Assembly: GCA_023457135.1 (NCBI GenBank)
Contig: JAEWMO010000065.1
Coordinates: forward strand, 1-51,006
Reading direction: 5' to 3'
DNA: 51,006 nt
DNA from: Methanobacteriota archaeon
GTDB lineage: Archaea; Halobacteriota; Methanomicrobia; Methanomicrobiales; Methanoculleaceae
The first letter of the stretch is position 1. Each line of letters begins with the position of its first letter. Positions 41,850 through 51,006 of this stretch are shown piece by piece. The position numbers were made by a program, and so were the translations under genes. The notes under the pieces are model-generated. The model made no database searches. It worked only from the letters and a program-made list of their open reading frames with translations, and was not told the origin of the DNA.

Positions 41850-41975
41850 CTCCTCGTGACTTCAGGCTCCTCTTCAACCGTCCCGCGACCTCGACCTCTC
41901 GTGACCCCGGGTCCCTCTTCAACCGTTCCATGACCTCAGCCTCTCGTGACCCCGGAGCCCCCCTTCAACCGTCCC
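41850..41975 (+). repeat. Pyrimidine-rich 45-bp tandem repeat (x3)
   Basis: CTCGTGAC...CTTCAACCGT units at 41853, 41898 and 41943; degenerate copy at 41712. Confidence 0.8.
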
Positions 41976-42150
41976 GGAGGCCCCTCTTCTCCTGAAAAGC
42001 AGGGATCCCTCTCTCCTCCCTGACTCTCTCCTTCGCCCTCTTCCGGAGGCCCAGCATCCCCTTTATCCCATTTACTGCCCTCTCCTCCGCCGGATGGTCC
42101 CGGTCCTCCTCGACCCCTCCTCACCCCTTCCCCCGTGAGGGACCATTACA

Positions 42151-42171
42151 TTTCCAGTCGAAACAAAGGGG
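42151..42171 (+). promoter_or_regulatory. ORB E
   Basis: TTTCCAGTCGAAACAAAGGGG(TCAGGG). Confidence 0.82.
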
Positions 42172-42244
42172 TCAGGGTTATCCCCCCTCCTGCCGGGGGA
42201 TACAAAGAAGTAAAATACGCGGTACAGGAGTACCGGGAGACTCA

Positions 42245-42742
42245 ATGGAGAACAACCATCTTAAACCCCTCACTGTGACCGGCGCCGTGATTACGGTCTC
42301 ATCGAGCCGGAAACCCGAGACCGACACCAGCGGAAAGACACTCATCGACCTTCTCTCGGCCGCCGGGATCGGGGTGGCCCATTACGCGATCGTCCCCGAC
42401 GATATCGAGCGGATCCGGTCCGAGGTCCGCCTCGCGCTTTCGCGTGCAAACTGTATCATCGTCACCGGCGGCACCGGGCTCACCCCCGACGACGTCACCA
42501 TCGAGGCGGTCGCGCCGCTGCTCGAGAAGACGATCGACGGGTTCGGGGAACTCTTCCGCCTCAAAAGTTACGAAGAGATCGGGACCGCCGCGATCCTCTC
42601 GCGGGCGATCGCCGGGGTCGTCGGCGGCAGGGTGGTCTTCTGTACGCCGGGATCGACGAAGGCCGTCACCCTCGCCGCACGGGATATCATCATCCCTGAG
42701 GTCCGGCACATCCTGACCCACGCCGGGGCGGGTCAGCGGTAG
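42245..42742 (+). CDS. moaB: Molybdenum cofactor biosynthesis MoaB/MogA
   Basis: VITVS, DTSG, IVPDD, TGGTGLTPDDVT, GFGELFR, PGS. Confidence 0.92.
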   Translation: MENNHLKPLTVTGAVITVSSSRKPETDTSGKTLIDLLSAAGIGVAHYAIVPDDIERIRSEVRLALSRANCIIVTGGTGLTPDDVTIEAVAPLLEKTIDGFGELFRLKSYEEIGTAAILSRAIAGVVGGRVVFCTPGSTKAVTLAARDIIIPEVRHILTHAGAGQR

Positions 42743-43248
42743 ACGTCGAGGAGCGCCACCCGCTCGAGGACCAGGTCGCGGATCCGGTCCTCACCGACCA
42801 CGGCGATCTCGCCGTCCGTGATCGCAAAGAGGTCTTTGAGGCGCTCCCGCTTCGCGGGACCGATCGCCTCCCAGTCCTCGTCGACGAAGGTCACGAGCCC
42901 GGCAAGCCGGTCGCGGGCGCCGGGCGCCGGCGGGCAGACCACGATATACGAGCGGTTCTCCCCCGGGTGGATCCCGAAGGACGAGCCCACCTGGCACTGG
43001 CGGGACCCCGCGGCGTAGAGGAGGGTCTCCATCTCAAACGAGTTCGCGATCGGCTCCCCACCCTCCCAGGACCGCCGGGCGTGCCGGATGGCCGCCTCCA
43101 CGTGCTCGCGGCCCGCGAGGCGGTCGGCGTCGAGGAGGATGATACGGGTCCTGAACGCATCGGCGATCTTCCGCACCTCTTTGAGGAAACGGACGTTGTC
43201 ACCGACGGTGACGACCGCCTGGTAGATATCGCACGCTGTTTCTGTCAC
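42733..43248 (-). CDS. cgi121: KEOPS complex subunit Cgi121
   Basis: DADRLAGREHVEAA...IANSFEMETLLYAAGSRQC...LVLERVALL; start uncertain (GTG 43248 or TTG 43257). Confidence 0.85.
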   Translation of the reverse strand: MTETACDIYQAVVTVGDNVRFLKEVRKIADAFRTRIILLDADRLAGREHVEAAIRHARRSWEGGEPIANSFEMETLLYAAGSRQCQVGSSFGIHPGENRSYIVVCPPAPGARDRLAGLVTFVDEDWEAIGPAKRERLKDLFAITDGEIAVVGEDRIRDLVLERVALLDVYR

Positions 43249-43276
43249 TCTTTCCAACTCGCTCTCTCTATCACTC

Positions 43277-45421
43277 TTATCCGAACCGGAAGAGGGTCGA
43301 CTGCTCCTCGCCGACATCCCCGACCTCCTCCCGCGTCCCCTCAACCTGCTCGAAGATCCGGGCGGCGATCCCCTGGCCGAGGATCTTTCCGACCTTCTCC
43401 GGGCCCGCGGCGCGGAGCGCCTCGACTGAGTCGATACCGTTGTTGAAGAGCCGGCGGGCCCGGACCCGGCCGATCCCCCTGATCCTGATGAGGGGCAGGA
43501 GCTCCTTCTTGATGCCGTGCTTGGCCCGGAGTTCCATCTCCTCGATCGGCCGCGCCAGGTGCGGGGCAAAGAGGCCTGCGAGGTGCCGGGCCCCGTGGAC
43601 CAGCCAGGCGACGCTCTCCACCATCCCGTAGACGTCGCCGGGCCCGACGCTGTAGCGCTCGCAGATTGTGTCCTCCCCTATCTCGTCGGCCCAGTCCGCG
43701 AGGAGGAGGGCGGTCTTGAGGCTCCGGTCGAACCCCTCGCCCGCGTCCCAGGGGATCTCCATCCAGAGGTCGTCGCGATGGTCGGCGAGGAACCGGTCGA
43801 GGAGGTACATGTCGTCCCGCCGCACAAAGAGCGTCGGCATGTCGGGCGTCGAGCAGAGGAGGTGGAGGAGCCCGATGTCCGTGTACTCCTTTCGGCCGAG
43901 GCCGATCATCGCCTTCACGATCACCTCGGCGCTCCGGGGGTCGATGTAGAGCCGCGAGACGAGCGAGCCGTACTCCGTCGGCTCGAGCCACTCCCCCACC
44001 TCGGTGATCATCTCCGCTTCGCGCAGGAACTCAAGCGCCCTCTGGACCACGCGTTTCAGCGCGAGGGGGCTCTCCCCCTGGTGGGCGTAGAACGTCCCGT
44101 CCATGAACCCCATGACCTCGCCCGTCTCGCGGGCGAACCCCGTCGCGATGAGGGAGAGGATGTGGGTGCAGAGGACCGCCTCGTCCGCGCACCGGCTCCG
44201 GACGTCTTCCGCCTCCGCCTCGATGTAGCAGGCGAAGAGTTCGTCGACCATCTCCTCGGACTTCGCGATCAGGACCGCCTCGCCGTAGGGGTCCAGGTGC
44301 GGCCGCCCGGCCCGCCCGGCCATCTGCCGGTACTCGCGAACCGGGATCGGGAGCATCCCCTCCCCGGCGCTGAACCGGAGGTAGTCGCGGACGATCACCC
44401 GCCGGGCCGGGAGGTTTAAGCCCGCCGCGAGCGTCGGGGTGGAGGCGATCGTCTTGATATGTCCCTCCCGGAACCCCGCTTCAACGATCTGCCGCTCCTC
44501 CCGCGCGAGCCCCGCGTGGTGGAACGCCGCACCCTGCGCGACACAGGCGGCAAGCGTCCGCCCCATCTCGGTTGCGGCGTTCGAGCGGAGTCTGTCGGCG
44601 TAGCCGGCGAGGACGGGGTTTGCGAGCTTCAGCCCGGATGCTGCGCGTTTTGCGAACGCCTCGGCGTTCTTTCTCGAACTGACGAAGACCAGGCACTGCC
44701 CCCCCTCCGCCACCGTGTCGAGGACGAGGTCCAGGTCCTCGTACTTGCTCCGGCGCTCGACCTCGCGGTCGCGGTCGGCAAACCGGATGCAGTCCTGGAA
44801 GAAGACCCCCTCCCGAAGGTCGACCGGGCGCCAGTCGCTCTCGACGAGCTCGGCATCGAGCCACCCGGCGAGGTCCCGCGGGTTCCCGATCGTCGCGGAG
44901 AGTCCGATGATCTGGATCTCGGGGTTCTTGTGGCGGAGCTTCGCGATCACCATCTCGAGCGTCGCCCCCCGCGAGGGGTCGTCGATCAGGTGGACCTCGT
45001 CGAGGACGAGCAGACTGATCTCGGCAAGCCACGGCGTCCGGTTCCGCAGCAGCGAGTCGACCTTCTCGCTCGTCGCGACGATGATATCGTTTCTCCCCAG
45101 GTAGTCGTCCCGCCGGTCGAAGTCGCCGGTGGCGATCCCGACCCGGAGGCCTTTCTCCGAGAACTCCTCGAACTTCTCGCTCGCGAGCGCCCGCAGGGGG
45201 ACGATGTAGAGGCATTTGCCTCCCCTCGCCACCTGGTGGTGCATCGCCATCTCGGCGACCAGGGTCTTGCCGCTCGCGGTCGGGATGGCGATGAGAAGAT
45301 TCTTCCCCGAGAAAAGCCCTGCTTCGACGCAGGCGGCCTGCGGCGGGTAGAGTTCCGTGATCCCGCGGCGGGCATAGCCGGCCGCGAGATCGGGCGGGAT
45401 CGGGAGGCCGGCTATCTCCAT
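43277..45421 (-). CDS. hel308: Hel308/Hjm Ski2-like DNA helicase
   Basis: [42 protein letters not shown], Hh[10 protein letters not shown]. Confidence 0.95.
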   Translation of the reverse strand: MEIAGLPIPPDLAAGYARRGITELYPPQAACVEAGLFSGKNLLIAIPTASGKTLVAEMAMHHQVARGGKCLYIVPLRALASEKFEEFSEKGLRVGIATGDFDRRDDYLGRNDIIVATSEKVDSLLRNRTPWLAEISLLVLDEVHLIDDPSRGATLEMVIAKLRHKNPEIQIIGLSATIGNPRDLAGWLDAELVESDWRPVDLREGVFFQDCIRFADRDREVERRSKYEDLDLVLDTVAEGGQCLVFVSSRKNAEAFAKRAASGLKLANPVLAGYADRLRSNAATEMGRTLAACVAQGAAFHHAGLAREERQIVEAGFREGHIKTIASTPTLAAGLNLPARRVIVRDYLRFSAGEGMLPIPVREYRQMAGRAGRPHLDPYGEAVLIAKSEEMVDELFACYIEAEAEDVRSRCADEAVLCTHILSLIATGFARETGEVMGFMDGTFYAHQGESPLALKRVVQRALEFLREAEMITEVGEWLEPTEYGSLVSRLYIDPRSAEVIVKAMIGLGRKEYTDIGLLHLLCSTPDMPTLFVRRDDMYLLDRFLADHRDDLWMEIPWDAGEGFDRSLKTALLLADWADEIGEDTICERYSVGPGDVYGMVESVAWLVHGARHLAGLFAPHLARPIEEMELRAKHGIKKELLPLIRIRGIGRVRARRLFNNGIDSVEALRAAGPEKVGKILGQGIAARIFEQVEGTREEVGDVGEEQSTLFRFG

Positions 45422-45426
45422 GTATA

Positions 45427-45447
45427 CCCCTTCATTTCCAGTGCAAC
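45427..45447 (-). promoter_or_regulatory. ORB-like box F directly upstream of hel308
   Basis: Reverse complement GTTGCACTGGAAATGAAGGGG; 19/21 identical to ORB C and shares the flanking CTGT. Confidence 0.7.
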
Positions 45448-45505
45448 CTGTGTATTCCGTGTATCGGCGTGGCCGGGGACGGGCCCCCCATCCCCTCCGG
45501 CCGCG

Positions 45506-46048
45506 TCAGGAGTAGTACTCCAGCATCGCCTGTTTGGCTTCCTTCTTCTTCCGGTCCAGGAACGCGTAGACGTGCTCGTGGGGCACGCCCTGGATCAGCA
45601 TCTCGACCGCCTTCCTCGCGGTCTCGACCTGATCGGGGAGGCCGATGATCGCGACGGTCTTGCCCTGGACCGAGATCTCGGTGGAGGTCATATCCTCGAT
45701 CTGGGCGCGGGATGTCCCTGCCTTGCCGATGATCCGGCCTCTGAGCCGCTCGAGCTGCCGGGTCGTGCCCGAAAGGTCGGCGAGGTCGAGGATGTCGAGC
45801 ATCATGTCCTCATCCTCGAGCAGCTGGAAGGCGCGCTCCGGCGAGAACCCACGGTTGATCGCGGAGACGACGTTTGTCGCCGTCATGACGGCGACGGGGT
45901 CCTCCGCCTCGATCGTCACCATTCCCTCCTCGCTGTCGATACGGAGGCTTATTCCTGTCTTCTCTTCGATCTCGCGTTTGGTGGACCCGCTCTTGCCGAT
46001 GATCACGCCGATCCTTGCGGTTGAAACTTTTATCTCCTGTGTGGTCAT
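45506..46048 (-). CDS. KH-domain rRNA-processing protein (Dim2/Pno1-like)
   Basis: IGVIIGKSG, RGFSPERA, RGRIIGKAG, LIQGVPH. Confidence 0.92.
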   Translation of the reverse strand: MTTQEIKVSTARIGVIIGKSGSTKREIEEKTGISLRIDSEEGMVTIEAEDPVAVMTATNVVSAINRGFSPERAFQLLEDEDMMLDILDLADLSGTTRQLERLRGRIIGKAGTSRAQIEDMTSTEISVQGKTVAIIGLPDQVETARKAVEMLIQGVPHEHVYAFLDRKKKEAKQAMLEYYS

Positions 46049-46070
46049 GATTGCACCCTTCCTCCGATCT

Positions 46071-46847
46071 TCAGGGCTCCTTACGTCCGGTGCCGGTGAT
46101 GGCGCGAAGGACTTCTTCCTCGCCCGGCACGTCGCAGTAGCGGGAGAAATATCTATTCAGGTTCTTCACATCCCGGATCAGAAACGCGGACGCCCGCGGG
46201 TGATCCAGGGTGACCGCCTGTCCCATATCGATCAGGTATGGTTTCTCGTGGTAGAGGATATTGTATTCGGAGAGGTCGGCATGAACCAGGCGCGCTTCCT
46301 GGTAGAGCCGCTTGATGTAATCGAGGATCTCTTCATACGCCGCCCCGTAATCGTCGACTGCGGCGTTCCGGAGCTGCGGGTAGGGCACCTCGTCCTCGCC
46401 GAGAAATCCCATCAGGAGGATGTTCCGGTCGAACGCGAGAGGTTCGGGGACCGGAATTCCCACCTCATGCGCCCGGGCGAGGTTGCTGTACTCCTTCTTC
46501 GTCCAGGCGAAGATGAGGGCCTTGCGCGTCCCCCGGACGCTCGAGAACCGGCGGTCACCTGCGAGGTACTCGTTCATCGCCTTGAAGTTCGCCGTCTGGA
46601 TCCGGTAGATCTTGATGGCGATCCCCTGATCGTCGCGCTCGCCGTAGAAGACGTTCGCCTCTTTCCCGGTGCTGATCGGGCCGCCGATGACCGAGATCAG
46701 CTTCTTGTGGACGAGCCTGTAGAGGGCCATGAGGGTGACCTCGTCAAAGACATCGTCCCGTACCTTCACCGCGTCGGCGTCCTTTATCCTGACGCCCATC
46801 GCCTCGATCTCGCGATCGAACTGCTCGTACTCTTCGTTGCGGCCCAC
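46071..46847 (-). CDS. rio1: RIO1 kinase
   Basis: ISTGKEANVF, KIYR, LVHADLSEYNIL, IDMGQAV. Confidence 0.94.
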   Translation of the reverse strand: MGRNEEYEQFDREIEAMGVRIKDADAVKVRDDVFDEVTLMALYRLVHKKLISVIGGPISTGKEANVFYGERDDQGIAIKIYRIQTANFKAMNEYLAGDRRFSSVRGTRKALIFAWTKKEYSNLARAHEVGIPVPEPLAFDRNILLMGFLGEDEVPYPQLRNAAVDDYGAAYEEILDYIKRLYQEARLVHADLSEYNILYHEKPYLIDMGQAVTLDHPRASAFLIRDVKNLNRYFSRYCDVPGEEEVLRAITGTGRKEP

Positions 46848-46854
46848 GGCCGGA

Positions 46855-47802
46855 TCACCTGTTGCAGACGTAGTCGTGAACGGGGGCGAGGATATCGATG
46901 AGATGGGCGGCGGCCGCGTTCTTCAGGTCCAGCGGATGGATCTCGCCCGCCGCGTAGGCCCGCTCGAGGTCCTCGTAGGCCGCGAACTCCCGGTCCCCGC
47001 CGAACTTCGCGGGCCGGCGGATAGCGACCGTTCCGACCCTGGGGAAGACGTGGTACTGCAGGATCTGGAGCACCGGGTTGTTCTCGACCTCGGGCGGGCA
47101 GAAGGCCTTCTTCATCTTCTGTTTGATATCCTCTTCGGAATCGGCGACCGATATGACGTTGCCTGCCGAGGACGACATCTTCTTCCCGTCGAGGCCGTTG
47201 ATGATCGGCGTGTGGATGCAGACCGGCGCCGGATACCCGATTGCGGGGAGGTGTTCCCGCGCGAGCATGTGAATCTTTCGCTGGTCGATCCCGCCGACGG
47301 CGGCGTCCACGTTAAGGGTCATGATATCGACCATCTGCATGATCGGATAGACCATCTGCGAGACCGTGGGGTTGTCCATCTGCCGCCCGACCTCGTCCAT
47401 GCTCCTCTTCGCCCGGTTGAGGGTGATCGCCTGCGAGAGCGTGAGGACGGCAAGCTCGTACTCCGGCGTGAGCTGGACGTCCGAGCCGAGGACGTATTTT
47501 GCGCCACGGAGGCCGAGCCCTTCGAAGCAGCGCTGGTTGTACTCGGCGGTCTCCCGGATCTCTTCCATCGTGCCTTTGCGGTTCAAGAACGCGTGGAGGT
47601 CAGCGATGAGCACGGTCACCTCGAACCCTGCCTGCTGCAGGTCCATCAGCTTGTTCACCGTCACCATGTGGCCGAGGTGGATCTCCCCGCTCGGCTCGTA
47701 GCCGGTGTAGACCCGCCTGACCGGGCGGTCGATAAGCGCGCGCAGTTCCTCGTCGGTGACGACCTCTACGGTATTCCGTGTCGCCAGTTCGTACGGATCC
47801 AT
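46855..47802 (-). CDS. tyrS: Tyrosyl-tRNA synthetase
   Basis: YTGYEPSGEIHLGH, ADLHA, YPIMQ, GGIDQRKIH, KMSSS. Confidence 0.96.
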   Translation of the reverse strand: MDPYELATRNTVEVVTDEELRALIDRPVRRVYTGYEPSGEIHLGHMVTVNKLMDLQQAGFEVTVLIADLHAFLNRKGTMEEIRETAEYNQRCFEGLGLRGAKYVLGSDVQLTPEYELAVLTLSQAITLNRAKRSMDEVGRQMDNPTVSQMVYPIMQMVDIMTLNVDAAVGGIDQRKIHMLAREHLPAIGYPAPVCIHTPIINGLDGKKMSSSAGNVISVADSEEDIKQKMKKAFCPPEVENNPVLQILQYHVFPRVGTVAIRRPAKFGGDREFAAYEDLERAYAAGEIHPLDLKNAAAAHLIDILAPVHDYVCNR

Positions 47803-47858
47803 TGAAAAGAGTGGGTCTGCCGGGGAGTTAATCCTTCTTCCTCCCCCGTTCCCGTCGT

Positions 47859-48884
47859 TCATCCGATGGCGACGAAGCCGAGCGCTTTGTTGGTCATCCG
47901 GATGGATTCTTCCGGATCCTTCACCGTTCCCATCAGGGCGCGGATGCAGTCGATGTTCTCGGGGACGACGTCGGCCTCCTGGTGAATGGCCTGGAAGCAG
48001 TAGAACTCCTTCCCGTCGAGGACCGAGACCGAGTCCTCAAAGACCCCGTTCTCCCAGAGATCCGTCCGCGGCCGGCCGAGGTCCTGGGTGTACTCCCGGA
48101 GCTCGGCGTTGCTCTTGATCCCGGTGGCCTTGCGGACGAGCCCGATCCGGCTGTGGTTCTCAAAGACCTTCAGCACCTCTTCGCGGGTGGTCTCCTTCTT
48201 CAAGTCCATCTGTATCGAGTGCATGTGCATGAAGGTCGTCGGGACGATCATCGCGAGTGTGACGATGTTGATCTGCGGGAGGACGGTGTTGACGTCGGGG
48301 CCGTGGTGGCTCGGGATCGTGGCCGGGTTGAGGACGATCGCGTCCACCGGCCCGCGCTTGACGTCGCTCGGGTCCGCTGCCCGCCTGACCATCACCGCCC
48401 GGACCCGTGCGACACCGAAGGCCTGGTCCAGGGCGTGGATGATCCGGACGAGCCCGGTGGAGTTGCACGAGACGACCCGGGCGAACTGGTGTCCTTCGGC
48501 CTCTTTGTAGTTCGCGTGAGCGTTGAAGGAGAACCCCGCGACCTCGTGACCTTCGCCGCCCTGGAATATTGCCTTTTTGCCGAGTTTTTCATAGAGCGGC
48601 CGGTTCTTCTCACCGACGCCGCCGGGGGTGGCGTCCACGACGATGTCGGCGGCCTTGAGCATGGCCTCGACGTCGCCGGCGACCTCAATTCCGGCTTTCT
48701 CGAACGCAGGTTTCTTCCCGAGGTCCGCGATGTAGAGGGGGTACCCGCGTTTTTTCGCGACATACGCTTCAGCGGAGACGCTCGTCTTCGAGACCCCGAT
48801 GACTTCCATATCGGGCTGTGCGGCGACCGCATCGGCTACCCGTTTGCCGATGGTCCCGAACCCGTTGATCGCGACTTTGATCAT
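47859..48884 (-). CDS. gap: Type II (archaeal) glyceraldehyde-3-phosphate dehydrogenase
   Basis: INGFGTIGKRVADA, FQGGE, VVSCNSTG, SHHGPD, IHQE...PENID. Confidence 0.95.
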   Translation of the reverse strand: MIKVAINGFGTIGKRVADAVAAQPDMEVIGVSKTSVSAEAYVAKKRGYPLYIADLGKKPAFEKAGIEVAGDVEAMLKAADIVVDATPGGVGEKNRPLYEKLGKKAIFQGGEGHEVAGFSFNAHANYKEAEGHQFARVVSCNSTGLVRIIHALDQAFGVARVRAVMVRRAADPSDVKRGPVDAIVLNPATIPSHHGPDVNTVLPQINIVTLAMIVPTTFMHMHSIQMDLKKETTREEVLKVFENHSRIGLVRKATGIKSNAELREYTQDLGRPRTDLWENGVFEDSVSVLDGKEFYCFQAIHQEADVVPENIDCIRALMGTVKDPEESIRMTNKALGFVAIG

Positions 48885-49167
48885 GCATGTTGGAATACAG
48901 AACAAAAATTAATAAAGGTTGCTGGTTTGGGGATAGGGCGGATATAAATGGATCATACGGTAAAAGAGGCTCTAATATGGCTCTTTATCCCTGAATGACT
49001 GTGTAAACCGGAAAACTCTGGCCTCAACATATAAAGCGGGCGGTGTCGGGCAGGCCGGGTGGCCGGCAGGGGCGCCGTCCCCGGAAGGTTTCCTGCCGCC
49101 TTCTCCGCCCTGCCGGAAGGCGGCGCGGCAGGATTTATATCCGTTCGGGGCCATCAGCATATCATTC

Positions 49168-49740
49168 ATGGAGAAGCAGCCCATCCTTGCAACCGGCCGC
49201 CTGCTCCTGCGGCCGTTCACCCTCGCAGATGCCCCGGAGGTGCAGCGTCTTGCCGGCGACTACGCCGTTGCCGCGACCACCCTTCTCCCCTATCCCTATC
49301 CGGACGGGCTCGCCGAGGCCTGGATCACCTCCCTCCGCGAGGGTGCCGAGCGCGGCGAGGCGGCTGCGTTCGCCGTCACGCTCGCAGGGACGGGGGGGCT
49401 TATCGGCGGCGTCCGCCTCCAGATCGATCCCGACCACGCCCGCGGCGAGCTCGGGTTCTGGATCGCACAGGCCTGCTGGGGCCGGGGATATGCCACCGAG
49501 GCGGTCCGGGCGGTGATCGGCTACGGGTTCTCCGCGCTCGGCCTCCACCGGGTCCATGCCATCCACTTCTCCCGGAACCCGGCATCGGGCCGCGTGATGG
49601 AGAAGTGCGGGATGGTGCACGAAGGCCGGCTCCGCCAGCATGTCAGGAAGTGGGGCGTCTTTGAGGACGTCGACCTCTGGGGGATCGTCAGCCCCGTCAC
49701 GGCAGAGATCCTCATACCGCCGCAAAGAATGGCCATATGA
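49168..49740 (+). CDS. GNAT N-acetyltransferase (RimJ/RimL family), copy 1
   Basis: TGRLLLRP, ELGFW, WGRGYATEA, NPASGRVMEKCGM. Confidence 0.9.
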   Translation: MEKQPILATGRLLLRPFTLADAPEVQRLAGDYAVAATTLLPYPYPDGLAEAWITSLREGAERGEAAAFAVTLAGTGGLIGGVRLQIDPDHARGELGFWIAQACWGRGYATEAVRAVIGYGFSALGLHRVHAIHFSRNPASGRVMEKCGMVHEGRLRQHVRKWGVFEDVDLWGIVSPVTAEILIPPQRMAI

Positions 49741-50324
49741 CCGGACAACCTCTCCTCGTAACCGATCGCCTCCTCCTCCGCCCGTTCGCCCCCGCGGATG
49801 CCCCGGAGGTGCAGCAGCTTGCCGGCGAGTACGAGGTCGCGTCCTCTTCCCTCGCGATCCCCTACCCCTATCCCGACGGGGTGGCGGAGTCCTGGATCGC
49901 CACCCATAGACCGGGTTTCGAGAAGGGGATGCACGCCATCTATGCAGTGACCCTTTCCCCCGGCGGGTCTCTCGTGGGCGCCGCCGGGCTCGTGGAGGTC
50001 AACCGCCGTCATGGGCGGGCGGAGCTCGGCTACTGGGTGGGGAGACCCTACTGGGGAAAGGGGTACGCCACCGAGGCCGCCCGGGCGGTGATCGAGTACG
50101 GGTTCTCGGTGCTCGGTCTGCACCGGATCTACGCCATGCACTTCTCCTGGAACACCGCGTCGGGAAGGGTGATGGAGAAGTGCGGGATGGTCCACGAAGC
50201 CCACCTCCGGGAACATGCCCGAAAGGAAGGCGTCTTTGAGGATATCGATCTCCGGGGGATCCTCGATCGCGAGTGGCGGGAGCGGTGCACCGTGCCGGCG
50301 ATCCAGGAGTGCCGGATACATTGA
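49737..50324 (+). CDS. GNAT N-acetyltransferase (RimJ/RimL family), copy 2
   Basis: TDRLLLRP, ELGYW, WGKGYATEA, NTASGRVMEKCGM; ATGA overlap with copy 1. Confidence 0.9.
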   Translation: MTGQPLLVTDRLLLRPFAPADAPEVQQLAGEYEVASSSLAIPYPYPDGVAESWIATHRPGFEKGMHAIYAVTLSPGGSLVGAAGLVEVNRRHGRAELGYWVGRPYWGKGYATEAARAVIEYGFSVLGLHRIYAMHFSWNTASGRVMEKCGMVHEAHLREHARKEGVFEDIDLRGILDREWRERCTVPAIQECRIH

Positions 50325-50433
50325 ACCGGTCGGTTCAATCCCCGAGCTCCTCCTGTCGGGGGAATATATCAGCCGGACGGCCGATGGAGTAATGGGGAAT
50401 GTGGATGGGGTTCTCCCCCCACTCTGTTATGCC

Positions 50434-50649
50434 TCAGAGTTCTCTCCTGACAAAGACTGCATACCCCCGGTGCCCCCCCTCGTGGGCGGTCGGGAGGACG
50501 AGGGCGTCCCTGCCCTGCTGCTGCATCTGCCGGGCGTAAGCGTCTGCGGGCCGCTTCTCCTCATACAGCCGTTCGGCGTAGTACTCTTCGCCGTCGACGA
50601 CCCGCCGCTGTCGTATCCTGATCCACTCCGTACCCGGGCGTCGTTCCAT
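50434..50649 (-). CDS. Small hypothetical protein (71 aa)
   Basis: Protein-like composition (DGEEYYAERLYEEK...YAVFVR); fills an otherwise empty gap. Confidence 0.5.
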   Translation of the reverse strand: MERRPGTEWIRIRQRRVVDGEEYYAERLYEEKRPADAYARQMQQQGRDALVLPTAHEGGHRGYAVFVRREL

Positions 50650-50758
50650 ACCTCATGGTTGCCGCGGCCGGGCGATAGTTGTTGCGCAACCGCGAGCAGG
50701 CCTCCCGCGGCCGCAAAGCATTTCTTCTTGCAGCGCCCTTTCGGGTGCCGGTGTCTCC

Positions 50759-51006
50759 ATGGTCTCCGGACATACATCTTCAGTCAGCCTTGAATCGAAG
50801 GATCCGGGCTTCTCGGCCCTCTTATCGCTCATCTTTGCAGGGCTCGGTCAGGCGTATAACGGGCAGTTCGCACGCGGTCTCCTTATCCTCGCCGGGACAC
50901 TCGCCGGGGTTCTCGGTTTTGCTCCTGCCGGCGCGGTTGTCTGGCTCTACGGGGCTTACGACGCCTACGCCACCGCCCGGCGGATGAACGAGGGGAAGGT
51001 CCCGCA
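50759..51006 (+). CDS. Small membrane protein (TM2-like), 3' end runs off the window
   Basis: Manual translation MVSGHTSSVSLESKDPGFSALLSLIFAGLGQAYNGQFARGLLIL...WLYGAYDAYATARRMN. Confidence 0.7.
   Translation, partial: MVSGHTSSVSLESKDPGFSALLSLIFAGLGQAYNGQFARGLLILAGTLAGVLGFAPAGAVVWLYGAYDAYATARRMNEGKVP

Larger units (their letters stand above)
40730..42244. other. Probable chromosomal replication origin (oriC) upstream of cdc6
   Basis: 1.5-kb stretch without credible genes, adjacent to cdc6, with three ORBs and strong strand-composition asymmetry. Confidence 0.8.

Noticed and set aside
41225..41975. Repeat arrays as CRISPR
   Set aside because: Units are contiguous and degenerate, with no unique spacers and no cas genes.

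Overview
This is GC-rich archaeal chromosomal DNA. Gene content (cofH pair, archaeal ribC, type II GAPDH, PolD small subunit, Hel308, Cgi121, Trm112) and gene style point to a Methanomicrobiales methanogen, probably Methanoculleus-like (inference). About 59 mostly housekeeping CDS cover cofactor synthesis (F420, riboflavin, thiamine, B6, cobamide), purines, acetate activation, a membrane PPase and ribosome biogenesis. The main non-coding signal is a probable replication origin around cdc6/orc1, with six ORB-like boxes spread over 37.4-45.4 kb. These include a perfect 22-bp inverted pair downstream of the cdc6-lrp-aminotransferase unit and a lone box 5 nt upstream of hel308. The 1.5-kb region upstream of cdc6 has a purine-rich arm and a pyrimidine-rich arm, each carrying a 45-47 bp tandem repeat. 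Other notable items: a thrice-repeated palindromic operator upstream of acs-MFS, a CGCGAAG-based REP/MITE-like hairpin element, a Cys-rich microprotein missing from the ORF track, an ArsC homologue lacking its nucleophilic Cys, and mosaic cofH paralogues. No rRNA, tRNA, CRISPR array or transposase was seen.
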